DNA of 64,000 bases from Mobula hypostoma (Eukaryota). The translations under genes and the position numbers were made by a program. Shown piece by piece: positions 1-13,484 of this stretch. Position 1 is the stretch's first letter, and every line of letters begins with the position of its first letter. The stretch is from contig NC_086097.1 of assembly GCF_963921235.1 (NCBI RefSeq), positions 227,852,001 to 227,916,000 of the forward strand. Direction: 5' to 3'. The notes under the pieces were generated by a model that worked only from the letters and a program-made list of their open reading frames with translations, had not been told where the DNA came from and did no database searches.

Positions 1-861
1 TGGTCTTTGAACTCTGTGCCAGGTCTTTCAAAGAAAGCTTCCCAAAATTGATTGTTCTTATCTTAATGTCTATTCTACAGAGGCCTACCATGATACACCA
101 ATCACAGTTTGCATATTTACTACACCTCCAAAACAACTTGCTAGGTTGAATTTTGGCACTGTCTTTCAATCCCACATATGTTTTACAAGCAAGCAGAGCT
201 CAAGAAACCATCCCATTACCGCACAATGGTTTGCATCACAATGATTTACACTGTAATGGTGTTAATCTTATTGTTCCCACAATTACATGATGAGAGTTGA
301 TAGTTTACATAAAAGTAAGCTAGTACATATTTAGTCTGCATAGCTCATGACACCAGAGGTTGCCTAATGTCATTCTCTGATTCATTTATACACAGATATT
401 TGAGTTCCACATGGATAATCTGTTGCTGCTCTGAGCGATTTCCTTTATTGTTGTCATCAGCCATTTTTCAATTTTTTTTGAATAGAAAAACTACGGCAGA
501 CTATTTATATAGAAGTACTGATGCGTAGCTCTTTCTTCAAGTGTAGTTTTGTCTGTGAAGTGTGTCAGACCAGGTTAGCATATTATGAGCAGAACACACT
601 TCGTATTTACTTTTCTGGTGATCACTCAACAATTAGTTTCTACGCTTGAAACATCGGCTGTGTTGGATCCGTGCAATTTTGAAAACTGGAGGTTCTTCGA
701 AGGTCAAGAATTGAGGCATTAAACTTGTTGCTTATGGCTGTTTATTGAATGTCACAAAAGCAAAGAACAGACAAAGGAAAACCAAGAAGAACAAAGAATT
801 CATCGTCATCTTGTACAAAAGCTGGCTCAAGCTGGAAAGATAACAATGCATGTCAGGATAA

Positions 862-1496
862 TGAAACACTCTGGTTTCCTCAGTTGCATAAGTCTAAGGA
901 AGACAATCTCCAGCCCCGCCAGACGTGTGAGATTGAGACGTCAGCTCCCTCCCCCAAACCCCCGTTTGTACAGATGCTGTGTAATTCGCTACCCTCTTAC
1001 AAATTAATGCCATGAAATAACAGACTGCATACAATTAAAGGAATTATATTTATGAATCTTAACTAAAGGGTTAATAAAGAATAACATAAAGAAAGGGGCC
1101 GATTGCAATTAAATAGTCAAATGTGCACAAGTTGGAGCTCATCTTGAACTTCTGTCACTCATGCACTAGGCTCTCAGTCAACATGAAAGCCCACACCACC
1201 TTCTGAACGTCAGTCACAGTCCATCTCGAACAAACGGGTCTCTCACTGGATCGTATGCTATGACCAGTTCTCCCCAGTGCCTTCTCTCTTCATCTCCTCT
1301 TGTACAAAAGCCCAAGACCACACCTTATTGTCCCTCACCAAGAAAAACCTCTCACTGATTGGATGGCACACATTCCACATCATCCCCTATCTTCAACAAT
1401 AACCCAAACAGGCTGAAAGCAGAACAGTAGCTCTTACAGAGCTGCTAAATGAAAAACCTACAACATAGAAGTAAAGATGTGAACCAGGGCACTACA
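862..1496 (-). mobile_element. Solo LTR
   Basis: Minus strand runs TGTAGTGCCCTGG...GTGTTTCA; flanks ATAA/ATTA (4-bp TSD, one mismatch); similar to 3167-3735 and 31868-32381. Confidence 0.75.
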
Positions 1497-1629
1497 ATTA
1501 CAAATAAACTATGAAATAGTTGGATTCAAGTGGCATGACATTTGCTGCAGATAAACTAAGAAGCTTCCAGAAAAATACAGAAGCAGCTATACTACAACTA
1601 TAGAAAGTTCACTGAACAACTGCAGTACA

Positions 1630-2177
1630 ATCAGTGCCCACGCCTGCTTATTAATGCAAATGTCAAATCAGCCAATCAAATGGCAGCAACTCAATGCATA
1701 AAAGCATGCCAACACGATCAAGAGGTTCAGTTGTTTTTCAGACCAAGCATCCGACTAGGGAAGAAATATGATCCAAGTGACTTTGACTGTGGGATGATTC
1801 GTGGTGCCCAATGGGGTGATTTGAGTATTTCAGAAACTGCTGATCTCCTGGGATTTTCACATGCAACAGTTTCTAGAGTTTACAGAGAATAGTGCAAAAA
1901 TGTTAAAAAAAAACATCCAGTGAGTGGCAGTTCTGTGGGCAAAAACACCTCGTTAATGAGGGAAGTCAGAGAGAATGGCAGACTGGTTTAAGCTGACAGG
2001 AAGGCGACAGTAATTCAAATAACCACACGTTACAAAACTGGTGTACGGAAGAGCATCTCTGAATGTACAACACATTGAGCCTCGAAGTTGATGGGCTGCA
2101 GCAGCAGAAGACTATCAAGATACACTCAGTGGGCACTTTATTAGGTACAGGAGGTACTGATTAGGAACAATGAGTGT
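1630..2177 (+). mobile_element. Tc1-derived non-autonomous element with transposase HTH remnant
   Basis: ORF 1680-1892 SDFDCGMIRGA..SISETADLLGFSHATVSRVYRE is a Tc1-type N-terminal HTH; motif CACTCAGTGG(G)CACTTTATTAGGTAC near right end; inverted relative at 36471-37553. Confidence 0.8.
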
Positions 2178-3166
2178 TATTTAAAAATACAAGCAAGCAT
2201 AGGAAAGTTAAATTACCAGAAGAATAGCAATTTTACACTCAAGTCCAATACCTGTAATAGAAACAATTCAATGTTTGCAAAACATGAAACATACCATACT
2301 CAGTTTGAGGGTATGAATTACTTAAGTCAATAGTTTCTACTCTATACAGTGCACTGCTTTGGAGATCCGTTGAGTTTGCTGGAAAATTATTTGTTTTATA
2401 TGGAGCTGAATTGCACACACTGACAGTCAGCGAATCCCTGGAGAATTGTTGGCTGCCAACCACTAATGGCTCAGTTCACCTCGAGCTTCAGCAAAGAAAT
2501 GAGGACAAAAGCGAATTAGAAGGTAAGTGCAGCGTATCAAGTCTCACCCTTTGATAATACGCTGATTTCTTGAGGAGTGGACTGTGTCCACTTTCCTCAC
2601 AGGCCTCAGTGTTACCACAAAGATGGCTGCTGGGGGAATGACTGAATGGGTCCACTGGTGTTACCAGTGCTATGGAAAACCCAGGGTGTGGATAAGTGAG
2701 AATTTTTATTTCCTCATATTTTAATGTTTTTAATTATTTGCCAGCATTTAAAATTCATTTTATGCTGAAAAACTATAAAATAATTATTCTTTTAGTTATC
2801 TTAAATCCTTCTATAGTATTTTTTAAATGTCTCTGTCTGACTCCAAAACATAAAACTAATTGAAAGAAAAAACACAGAGCAAGGAAGAACATGTCGACAT
2901 GATTCTTCAGTTAGATTCACTTTATTAAGCCGTGCACTTACGACGATGTGGAGTGAGATGTGTGCTATTCATGCACTTCATACTTATAACCAGTAATGAA
3001 TTATATAAACAACAAAGAATAATTAATCAAAAATATATTTACAATAGTACTTAAGCATTAAATACACAACATTCCTCCCGGCTTAGCTATAAACTCCAAT
3101 TCAATATACAACAGAATACATCTCAACTCAAATATGTAAAGTATTGCTCTCCAGTCAAGTCTTACA

Positions 3167-3735
3167 TGTAATGTCCTGGTAAGGGTTTCACTGCTAACAT
3201 AATGGTCTTTCTGTAGAAGCAGAATTTGGGTTATGGCTAGAGGTAACGGGTGCTTTGGAATGTGAGCATGTGAGCTATCCAATGAGGGGAGCGGATTTTT
3301 TTGTGTGTGTGCCTGACACCGGTGTGAGCTGGGGCTTTGTTCTGCAAAAGATGAAGAGAGAACTGGTCGTAGGACTCAAGCTGGTAGTGAACCGTGATTC
3401 GATGGAGCAAGGTCCAGAGGTCGACTGAGCACCGATGAATGTGACATTTGGAAGAGTTGAGCTCCAACTTGTGCACATTTGACTGTTTAAATATATTGAG
3501 CCCTTTTTGTTTTTTTTTCTTTCTTTTCTTTACCACATTCCTAAATATAATTCCTTTAATCGTATGCAGTGTGCTCTCTGTTTTATCTTGGCACCAAGTT
3601 GTAACAGGGTTGCAAATTACACAGCATTCAGATAAACTGGGGTTTGGGGTAGGAAAGCCTTTCCAATCTCATGGATTTCGCAAGACTGGAGTGTGTATTC
3701 CCTAAACTTACACAGCCCAAGGAACCAGGGGTTCA
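3167..3735 (+). mobile_element. Solo LTR inserted in the Gypsy 3' region
   Basis: TGTAATG...GGGGTTCA flanked by TACA at 3163-3166 and 3736-3739. Confidence 0.8.
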
Positions 3736-3919
3736 TACACTATACTACATAATACAATGACTATTTACACATCCACTTCATAGCAAATTTTAAATGGTCA
3801 TATTCAGGCCTAATGATTAAAGCTGTGGAGGATTTCTTACTCTTGTGGGATAACACCTTTCCTGATTTGGGGTGGGAGGGGGTGGGTGAGGGGAGTAGTT
3901 GGTCAGCTTGGCAAGTGAG

Positions 3920-4908
3920 TCCTGTGTGTCCGACAGAGTGATCAGCAGCACTGAGGCTCCACAGGGGACTGTCTTGTCTCCCTTTCTCTTCACCATTTAC
4001 ACCTCGGACTTCAGCTACTGCACAGAGCCTTGTCATCTTCAGAAGTTTTCGGATGACTCTGCCATAGTTGGATGCATCAGCAAGGGAGATGAGGCTGAGT
4101 ACAGGGCCACGGTAGGAAACTTTGTCACATGGTGTGAACAGAATTATCTGCAGCTTAATGTGAAAAAGACTAAGGAGCTGGTGGTAGACCTGAGGAGAGC
4201 TAAGGTACCAGTGACCCCTGTTTCCATCCAGGGGGTCAGTGTGGACATGGTGGAGGATTACAAATACCTGGGGATACGAATTAACAATAAACTGGACTGG
4301 TCAAAGAACACTGAGGCTGTCTACAAGAAGGGTCAGAGCCGTCTCTATTTCCTGAGGAGACTGAGGTCCTTTAACATCTGCCGGACGATGCTGAGGATGT
4401 TCTATGAGTCTGTGTTGGCCAGTGCGCTCATGTTTGCTGTTGTGTGCTGGGGCAGCAGGCTGAGGGTAGCAGACACCAATAGAATCAACAAACTCATTCG
4501 TAAGCCAGTGATGTTGTGGGGATGGAACTGGACTCTCTGACGGTGGTGTCTGAAAAGAGGATGCTGTCCGAGTTGCATGCCATCTTGGTCAATGTGTCCC
4601 ATCCACTACATAATGAACTGGTTGGGCATAGGAGTACATTCAGCCAGAGACTCATTCCACTGAGATGCAACACAGAGCGTCATAGGAAGTCATTCCTGCC
4701 TGTGGACATCAAACTTTATAACTCCTCCCTTGGAGGGTCAGACACCCTGAGCCAATAGGCTGGTCCTGGACTTATTTCCTGGCATAATTTACATATTACT
4801 ATTTAACTATTTATGGTTTTATTACTATTTAATTATTTATGGTGCAACTGTAACAAAAACCAATTTCCCCCGGGATCAATAAAGTATGATTGACTGTGAC
4901 TATGACTA
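3920..4908 (+). mobile_element. 5'-truncated Rex1/Babar LINE
   Basis: RT motifs PQGTVLSPFLF, KFSDD, LNVKKTKELVVD; AATAAA then (GACTAT)n tail; TGAG on both sides. Confidence 0.9.
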
Positions 4909-5581
4909 TGAGACTTGTGGCTGTAAAGCAATCTTAGATCCTGAGGCCTTCTTTGTGGTGGTTGTAGGAGTTGACTATGGGACTGCAGGAAGTGTTTCTG
5001 ACAGCTCTGGATACCTTTCTTCTGGATGTGTTCCTATCCCAAACAGTGCAAGGTGAGCTGCCTGATCTGTTGGTCTTTTCCATGCCACCAGACAAAGCTT
5101 TGAGCCAACGCCTTTATTTAGACCACATCTAGATGACCAGCATGTAGCTCCACCAACGCTTTAACTCTCAGCTTAGATGCACAACAACTCTCAATCCCCA
5201 CATAAGGCAACCCCCATCAAGGGCAACTGGATATTTTGCGACACTTTCCAGCCATCTTGGTGGCCATGTAGACCTGAGACAGTGTGGGGTCCTTTCCAGT
5301 TTCCCTTTGCATCATCTCTGCCGTAATAAGATGACTTTCAATTTGCATTAGGGAGAATATGTCAAGAGGTGTGTCCTTGTTTGTAAATTTTGCCGGTATT
5401 TCATTTTTCAGGGGTAAGTGGGAACATCTGTCAGCATTTCCATGATGAGTTGTCCTCTTGAATTCGATCTTGTAATTGTGTGCTCCAAGAAACAGAGCCC
5501 ACCTCTGGATTCGTGCTGCTGCTCTTTGTGGGACACCCTTCTGTGGACTGAAAATGGACTCTCGTGGTTGATCACAAATAT

Positions 5582-6805
5582 GAGGAAATCTGAAGATGCT
5601 GGAAATCCGAAGCACACACAAAATGCTGTTGGAAGTCAGCAAGCCTGATATATGTTATAAAACCACTGACTCTCAACGTTTTCTGGACTTTTCCTCTTCC
5701 CACCCAGTCACTTGTGAAAATGCCATCCCCTGCGCTCAGTTCCTCTGGCTCCACTGCATGCGCTCTCGGGATGAGGTTTTCATTCCAGAACTACTGAGAT
5801 GTCCTCCTTCCTCCGCCATCAATGCTGCCCTCATCCGCATCCCTTTCATTTTGCGCACATCTACCCTCACCCTGTCATCCCACCACCATACCAGGGATAG
5901 AGTTCCTCTTGTCCTCACCTACCAGCCTAACAACATCTCCGTCTAGCACATAATTCTCTGTAACTTCTGCCACCTCCACCAAGCGCATCTTTCCCTACCC
6001 CCACTTTCCGCTTTCGCAGGGATCACTCCCTACGTGATTCCTTTGCCCACTTCTACCCTACACCTCCTCCAACACCATCATTCAGTGCCCCAAATAGCAC
6101 TTCCAGGTGAGTCAACACTTCACCTGTGAGTCTGTCGGGGTCATCTACTGTATTCAGTGCTCCTGGCGTGGCCTCCTGTTGTATTGGTGAGACCCGACGT
6201 AGATTAGGAGACCATTTTTCTGAGCACCTTTGCTCCAAGTGCCACAAAAACCAGGATCTCCTGGTGGCAACCATTTCAATTCTACTTCCCAATCCCATTC
6301 TGAGATGTCACTCCATGGCCTCCTCTACTGCTACGATGGGGCCACACTCAGGTTGGAGGAGAAACACCATGTATTTCATCTGGGTAGCCTCCAACTTGAT
6401 GGCATGAACATCAATTTCTCTAACTTCCGGTAATTGCCTCTCCTGCTTCACCATTCCTGTTTTCCTCTCTCACCTTATCTCCTTAACTGCCCATCTCCTC
6501 CCTCTCGTGTTTCTCCCCCCGTCCTTCCATGGTCTTCTGCCTTTTCCTATTAGATCCCCGTTCTCCAGCCCTTCACCTCTTTCACCAATCGACTTCCCAG
6601 CTCTTTACTTCACCCCTCCCCCCCCCTCGGGTCCACCAATCACCTGTCACCTTGTATTTCTTCCTCCTGCTCCCCACCTTCCTCCTCTGACTTCTCCCCT
6701 TCCTTTCCAGTCCTGATGAAGTGCTTCAGCCTAAAACGTCGACTGTTGGCTCTTTTCCATAGATGCTGCCTGGCCTGCTGATTTCCTCCAGAGTTTTGAG
6801 TGTGC
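5582..6805 (+). mobile_element. Penelope-like element with inverted terminal piece (5582-~5650)
   Basis: GIY-YIG remnant CIGETRRRLGDHFSEHL; pyrimidine-rich 3' tract; hammerhead-like motif at 6708-6745. Confidence 0.85.
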
Positions 6806-7634
6806 ATTATTAGTGGTTGATGATCAATAATGAGGGAAACCCTCTCCCTTACAGGTATTATGTGAAATGTTTTTCACACCAAACTAGACTCAAGGTCTCT
6901 CTGTCAATCTGTGCACATTTTTTCTGCAGCGGTAAGGGAACGTGATGCAAATGCTATGGGTGTTCACTTCCATCACTCCTCACGTGTTATGACTGCACGT
7001 GTACCATAAGGCAGGCATCACCGGCAACCTTTACTTGATACATGGATCATAATGTGTGAGTACAGTGTTTGATATCACTATTTCCTTTGCCTTTTGGAAA
7101 GCCACTCACACTGCTTTGTCCATTGCCATTTCTTCCCGATTTGTAGTAATGAATTCAATGGGTGGAGCACGGTAGCCAGCTTGGGCAGGAATCTGTTATA
7201 GTAATTGACAATCCTAAAAAAGACTGCAACTGAGACCCAGCCTTTGGCCTTGGGGCATCCACCACTGCTTGAATCTTCTCTGCACACTTGTGTAATCCTT
7301 GTGGGTCCACAGTAAGTGATACATGGTTTAAAGAATTCACATTTGTTATGTCATGCTCTGAGCTCATGATCTTCTAATCTTCTTAACATTGTCTGGAGCG
7401 GTTCCTCATCATTCTCACTGGTAACACAGAGTGCCTGGCAGCCCTGCTGCTTCTGGTCCATAGCTTTCTGCGAGAGTGCAGGTGCAGAGGCTACTTCAAA
7501 AATAAGCCTACTATATTGTTAAAGACTTCTGTGAGTGTTTCTGGTGAGAAACGCTTTGGACTGTAGGTAGATGTTATACCACCATCAAGGACACTTACTG
7601 TACCATCCCAGGGCAACACTTTAGAAGGTCTGAT

Positions 7635-10308
7635 CACCTGGGTGTATTTCATCTCCCAGCATATAGGCAGAGACTAAAGACTGCAGCACCAGTTGTGAGG
7701 GCCAAGAAGGTAGGGTCAAGAGAGGCAGAGGAGTGCTTACAAGATTTCTTTTAATTGGTGGACAAGACCATATTCAGGTATTCAACTTTGAGTCTGAATG
7801 AATACACCACAGTTGTCACTGATTTAATCAAAACCTGTGTAGTGAGTGTGTGCCTTCACACACCCGACATATCCAAGTCAAAAGCCATGGATGAACCAAG
7901 AGATTTGTAGTCTGCTGAGGGCTAGATCTGTGGCATTCAAGACCAGTGATCCAGAACTATACTAGAAGTTCAGGTATGAACTACAGAAGGTGATCTCAAG
8001 AGCAAGAAAACAATTCCAATTGAAAGAATCAGATGTACGCCAGCCCTGGCAAGGTTTGCAGGCCATTACTTCCTACAATGTGGGACCTAACATCATGAAT
8101 AAGAGTGATGCTTCACTCCCAGATGAATTTAACATCTTTTATGCACATTTTGAAAGGGAGAATAAAACTACATCTATGTGAATCCCTGCAGCATCCAGTG
8201 GCCCTGTGATTTCTATCTCAGAGGCTGACATCCAAACATCTCTCAAGAGGGTGAATGCCCTGGTGGTGTACCTTGTAGGTCATTGAAAACCTGTGCCAAC
8301 CGACTAGCAGGAGTATTCAAGGACATCTTCAGTCTCTCAGTACTGCAGTCAGAGGTGCCCCCCTGCTTCGAAAGACAACAATCATACCAGTGCCCATAAA
8401 GAGCGGGGAGAGCTGCCTCCACAACAATCACAAGGTGGCACTCACATCTACTGTGATGAAGTGGTTTGAGAAGTTGGTCATGGCTAGAATCAACTCCTGG
8501 CCAAGCAAGGACCTGGACCCACTGCCATTTGCCTATCGCCGAAATAGGTCTACAGTGGATACAACCTCACTGGCTCTCTCCTCAGCCTTCGATCACCTGG
8601 GCAATAGTAATACGTTGGGCTGCTGTTTATTGACTACAGCTCAGCAATCAACACCATCATACCCTTGTTACAAATCAACAAGCTCCAAAACCTGGACCTC
8701 TGTACCTCCCTCTGCAAATGGATACTTGACTTTCTCACTGGAGACCACAGTCAGTGTGGATCAGAGATAACATCTCCTGCTTACTGGCAATCAAAACTAA
8801 CACACCTCAGGGATGTGTGCTTAGCTCACTGCTCTATTCTCTCTATATCCATGACTGTGCGTCTAGGCACAGCTCACATGCCATCTACAGATTTGCTGAT
8901 GACGCAACTATTGTTAGCAGCATTTAAAATGGTGATGTGAAGCTGTACAGGAGTGAGACAGTTCAGCTGGTAGAGTGGTGTCACAGCAACAACCAGGACT
9001 CAACATCAGTAAGCCCAAGGGGTTGGTTGTGGACTTCTGGAAGGGTAAGTCATGGGAACACACCAGTCCTCATCGAGGGATCAGAAATGTAAAGGGTGAG
9101 CAGTTTCAAGTTCCTGGGTGTCAACATCTCTGAGGATCTATCCTCGGCCCAACATATTGATGCAATTATAAGGAAGGCACGACAGTGGCTATATTTCATT
9201 AGGAGCTTGAGGACACTTGGTATGTCAACAAATTTCTACATGTAATGCTCTGTAGGGTTTCACTGCTAATGTAATGTCCTGGGAAAGGTTTCACTGCTAA
9301 TGTAAGCAGCAGTGTTTGGGTTATGACTGGAGATAACGGGGGCTTTGGAATGTGCACCATCCAATGAGAGATGTGTTTTTCTTTCTTGTGGGCCCGAGAG
9401 AATGTTCACGGGCTTTTGTTCGGCAGAAGATGGAGAGAGGAGATGCCAGAATGGGGAAGTCATAGTCTGCAGGATGGAGTAGACTTGGAATGGGGTCAGG
9501 AATTGACGCCCGGGGGGGAAATCAATTGAGAATGAACAGACGGGAAAACCGTGAGCTCCAATGTTGCGCATTAGACTGTTTCATGAGAATGGGCCCTTTT
9601 TTTGCTTCTTTACTATCCCTATAATCAAATTAAGAATTATAAAGCTCAATCATTTAATTGCATATTGTGTACTGTTTGTTATTTCGTGGTACTGATTTGT
9701 AACGGGGAACACATCGCGAACCATCCACCCAAACAGGATTTCTCAAGTTTGGCTGGGCCAGAGGCTGTCACCCCCTAGAGGAGGCTGCTAGCTGAACCTG
9801 GGGGTTACATACAGATGTACCATTGAGAGCATTCTAACTGGCTGCATCTCTGTCTGCTATGGAGGGGCTACTTTACAGAATTAGAAAAAGCTGTAGAAAG
9901 TTGTAAACTCAGTCAGCTCCCTCACGGGCACTAGCCTCCCCAGTATCCATCAAAAGGTGATGCCTCAGAATGGCAACATCTACCATTAAGGAGCCCCATC
10001 ATAAGACCATTCGGCCCATTGAGTCTGCTCATGCAGGATGTGCCCTCTTCTCATCAAGGAGAAGATACAGGAGCCTGAAGACACACATTCAATGTTTCAG
10101 GAACAGCTTCTTCCTCTCCACCAACATATTTCTGAATGGACAATGAACCCATGAACACTACCTCTCTCTTCGCACTACTTATTTAATTTAATTATTATAT
10201 ATATTTCTTATGGTCATTTATGGTTTTCATTACTATGCATCACATTGTACTGTAGCCGCATAATAACAAATTGCATGACATATGTGACATTAAATCTGAT
10301 TCTGATTC
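7635..10308 (+). mobile_element. Decayed Rex1/Babar-type LINE
   Basis: [39 protein letters not shown] motifs; (GATTCT)n tail; split by LTR 9241-9809. Confidence 0.85.
9241..9809 (+). mobile_element. Solo LTR
   Basis: TGTAATG...GGGGTTACA with TACA at 9237-9240 and 9810-9813; ~30-bp tandem duplication at the 5' end; host LINE rejoins across it. Confidence 0.85.
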
Positions 10309-12689
10309 CCAAAAGATGCCGTTTTACGTTATGCATTATTTTTGAAATCTTAAGTGATAGAAATGTTAGTGTTATAAATTGTCCTTATAAATAAAACAGA
10401 AAACGCTGGAAATACACAGCAGGTTAGCAACATCTGTGAAGATAGAAACAGATTTTGCAGGCCTGAACTTGTTTGACCTATGGCTGATTGCATTCACCTC
10501 TGCACTATGTCTGTACTAACATTTTTCAAACCCGCAGGTCACAACACACATTTCTCAAGTGCTTTAGTTAAAACGAGAACAAGAACACTACAGGTACAAA
10601 ATAAAAGCTGGAAATTCACACGGGGTCCAACTACCTTCCAAAGAAAAATGATAGATTTATGCTTTGCTGGGATTCTGAATCAGAACAGTTCATTGAAATG
10701 CTGATTATTAGTTAAAAAAAAGGAGAAAAGAAGACTCTCTTCAGCTTCAATGTGAATGTAGATATCCAATTTGTAAGTAAACCCCTATCCTTAAAATAAA
10801 GCAACAGAAAAGCAAGTAAGACTTCTGGATAAATATTTCTGATTTCTTTCAAGTAAATGCCTAAAGAGGCTTGTGTTTTACAATGTCTGATGTTGCATGG
10901 GAAACCAGCTATACCACACGTGGGGAGATAGCACGTATCTCATCAACAAAACATGAGAGGATACTTGAGTAGAAAATCACAATCTGTTTGCCACAGGCAA
11001 TTTTCCAGCACCTCATGCAATATGCTGGGCACGCATCTTTCTCTTCCCTTTTTGAAAATTAAATGAGATACTTCCAACCAAGGGCTTGAAGCTGTTGTCA
11101 GTATGTGCAAACATCATGCTCAAATTTCTTTGTTTCTGAGGAAATATGTAAACGAAGAAGTTGTGTAGGCCTGATTAGAATTTAGTTTATTTAGGGCCAC
11201 AAATCAAATATCTCTTTAATGTGTTTATGCAGATAGCAGTGGAGTAGATGAAAATTGACATTTGGATACAAAGTGAGACCACGTTTTTTTTCCTCTCAAA
11301 TGGATTATAAATAGAGAGAGCTCTCAGCTATACAAAGTACTTAACATGTTCATTTCAAGATTGCAGCAACATCTCAGAATTAGCACGTACGCCCTATTTT
11401 CATTCCTTAGGGAAATGTTTTCCTTTCAAAATGTATTTTAAAAGGCTTGATTGAAAACTATTAATAATTCCCAAATTTTAAAAAAAGAGATTGTATTGCT
11501 GAGAATAAGCATATCTGTAATCAGGAACATTTTCAGCTTTTTCTTTCCCAATTCCAAATATCCATTATTAACAATCTGCTTTTAATTTCTAGCATTCTGG
11601 ATCAGTTCACTATTTTGATGGAAGCACACTTACAGTTTAAAGAAATCTTATTTTCTTCCTGATTTGAGCCATAAATCAGAAACCTATTCAGAAATTAATG
11701 ATATATGTGGAACGTCAACGTCCAAACTGAAACAGTAAGTGATTTCATCAGAATTATGCACCTAGCTTGTGGTGTCCTCTTAATTATAAACTGCTTATTC
11801 CCAGGGATACTCATAATTTGTTGTCACATGGGACGGTGGTCCCATCTGCACTGGATTGAATTTTATTGGAGTTCTTTCTTTTTATTTTCTTTCTTCTTCA
11901 CAGCTGGTCAAACACTTTGAGGTGGAGTTCTATGTTGACAATTGCTCACTTGCTCTCTACTTTTGTGATGCTTAACCTGCAAGTCCTACTCATTTTCCTT
12001 TCAGGTGGAATAAAATTTAGATTATCATTGTTTAAAATAAAACAGTTGATTTGCATTCTCCTGAGTCATAGCTGGCAGCCTTCACCTTTTAAAGCACTCC
12101 CTATGTTGGGATTTTAAGTCACAATGCAACAATAATTCACAAGACTGAATCCCCCTATGTTTTCCAATGCAGCTATTTTATAGTGGGTACAAATTGCACT
12201 TTAATGACTGAACAGGAAATGAAATTCACATATCTCTAGTGCATAGTGACCTTCAAACTACTTAGACTCTTCTCTGGAAGGGAAGGACTGACCCATGAAG
12301 GCAGTCCTAACTGTGCCTGAGCTCTTTCAGTAGTAAGTGACAGACTTTATTGTTCCACGGGGAATTGGTGACTGCGGGGTCGGAATGAAACAAATTATTC
12401 GAACTTGCCATCATTCAGACCAGCACAGTGTCAATTTGAATAGATAATCCTTTTGTCATAACAGGAAAGCATGTGAAGAAATGAACCTTACTTTTGTGGG
12501 TCCCTGTTTCTGGGAATTTATGCTAAACTATGTTGCTGGTAGCTTGGGGGCAAACATCAGATTCAAAAGGACTTCTTGCTATTTTTACACAGTACCACTG
12601 ATGCAATCATCTCAGTGGAGGTGGGGGGTGGGGAAGGGGGGACGTTGACCGACTGTTGTTTTGGTATACAGTGCGTGGACTGGATTCCA

Positions 12690-13132
12690 GAGCAACACGG
12701 CCTTTTTGAGCAACACGGCAGGGCCTGCGTTCAGGAGCAATGGATGTCCCAAGGTTCGAATGATTTAAGCACCTGGCCAGATTGAAAAGTTCTTGATGTC
12801 AGGGCCGGAGGCGAGGATGGGCCGGTTCAGCTCGCAGCTCCGCCATATTTACTCGACCCTGTGCTGAATTGGCCTGCTTCTGAATTGGCTGCAGTGATGC
12901 CTGGCTTTGTGTCTGCAGACTCACTTACGTAAAATTCAGTTCTGAATGCTATTTGCTTACTTTTATAGTTTCATGTTTTGTTTTTTTTTGTGTACATTGG
13001 GTGTTTGATGGTCTTTTTTATGGGATGTTTTTGGGGGGGGGTTTCCTTGTTTTGTGGCTGCCTGTTAGGAGACAAATCTCAAGGTTGTATAAATTATACA
13101 TACTTTGATAATAAATGTACTTTGAACTTTGA
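12690..13132 (+). mobile_element. Non-autonomous retroposon / LINE 3' end
   Basis: Ends GATAATAAATGTACTTTGAACTTTGA, like the tail at ~45410-45445; CpG-containing 5' part. Confidence 0.55.
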
Positions 13133-13484
13133 TGGGATTTGTTAATGGCTCCAGCTATACTGAAGGTAATGCCCTCCGATAGTGATGATTGGTGAATGGC
13201 CCATAAATTTCCAGTTGTGTGGAAAGGAACTCTGGCGGTTGGTATGAATTTCAAAAGGCTGCTCTTTCAATGGGTGTTAATGTGGCTTCTGCTTTGACTC
13301 CCAGAGAAATTGCTTTGACTGAGTATGACAAACGAGGCCTTCAACAGAACAGGTAAATTCCTGGATCCTCAAAACACTGGACAAGGCTTTATTGCAGTTA
13401 GTTTGGGTTCACAAGGGAATACCAAGACCAAGTCTGCATGAGACCTGGAGAGAGGTATACAATACATGAGCACTCAAATTATCT

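Larger units (their letters stand above)
2828..7615 (-). mobile_element. Decayed Ty3/Gypsy LTR retrotransposon (3' LTR ~2828-3071 plus pol remnants), interrupted by three insertions
   Basis: Minus strand: purine tract GGGAGGAA then TGTTGTG (LTR start at 3071); C-terminal RCYPTRVRNPP near 3790-3860; RNase H-like AAARIQRWALFLGAHNYKIEF..HGNAD (5217-5642); RT-connection NYYNRFLPKLATVLHPLNSLL (7078-7287). Confidence 0.85.

Noticed and set aside
749..1015. 88-aa ORF
   Set aside because: Runs from unique DNA into an antisense LTR; no domain recognised.
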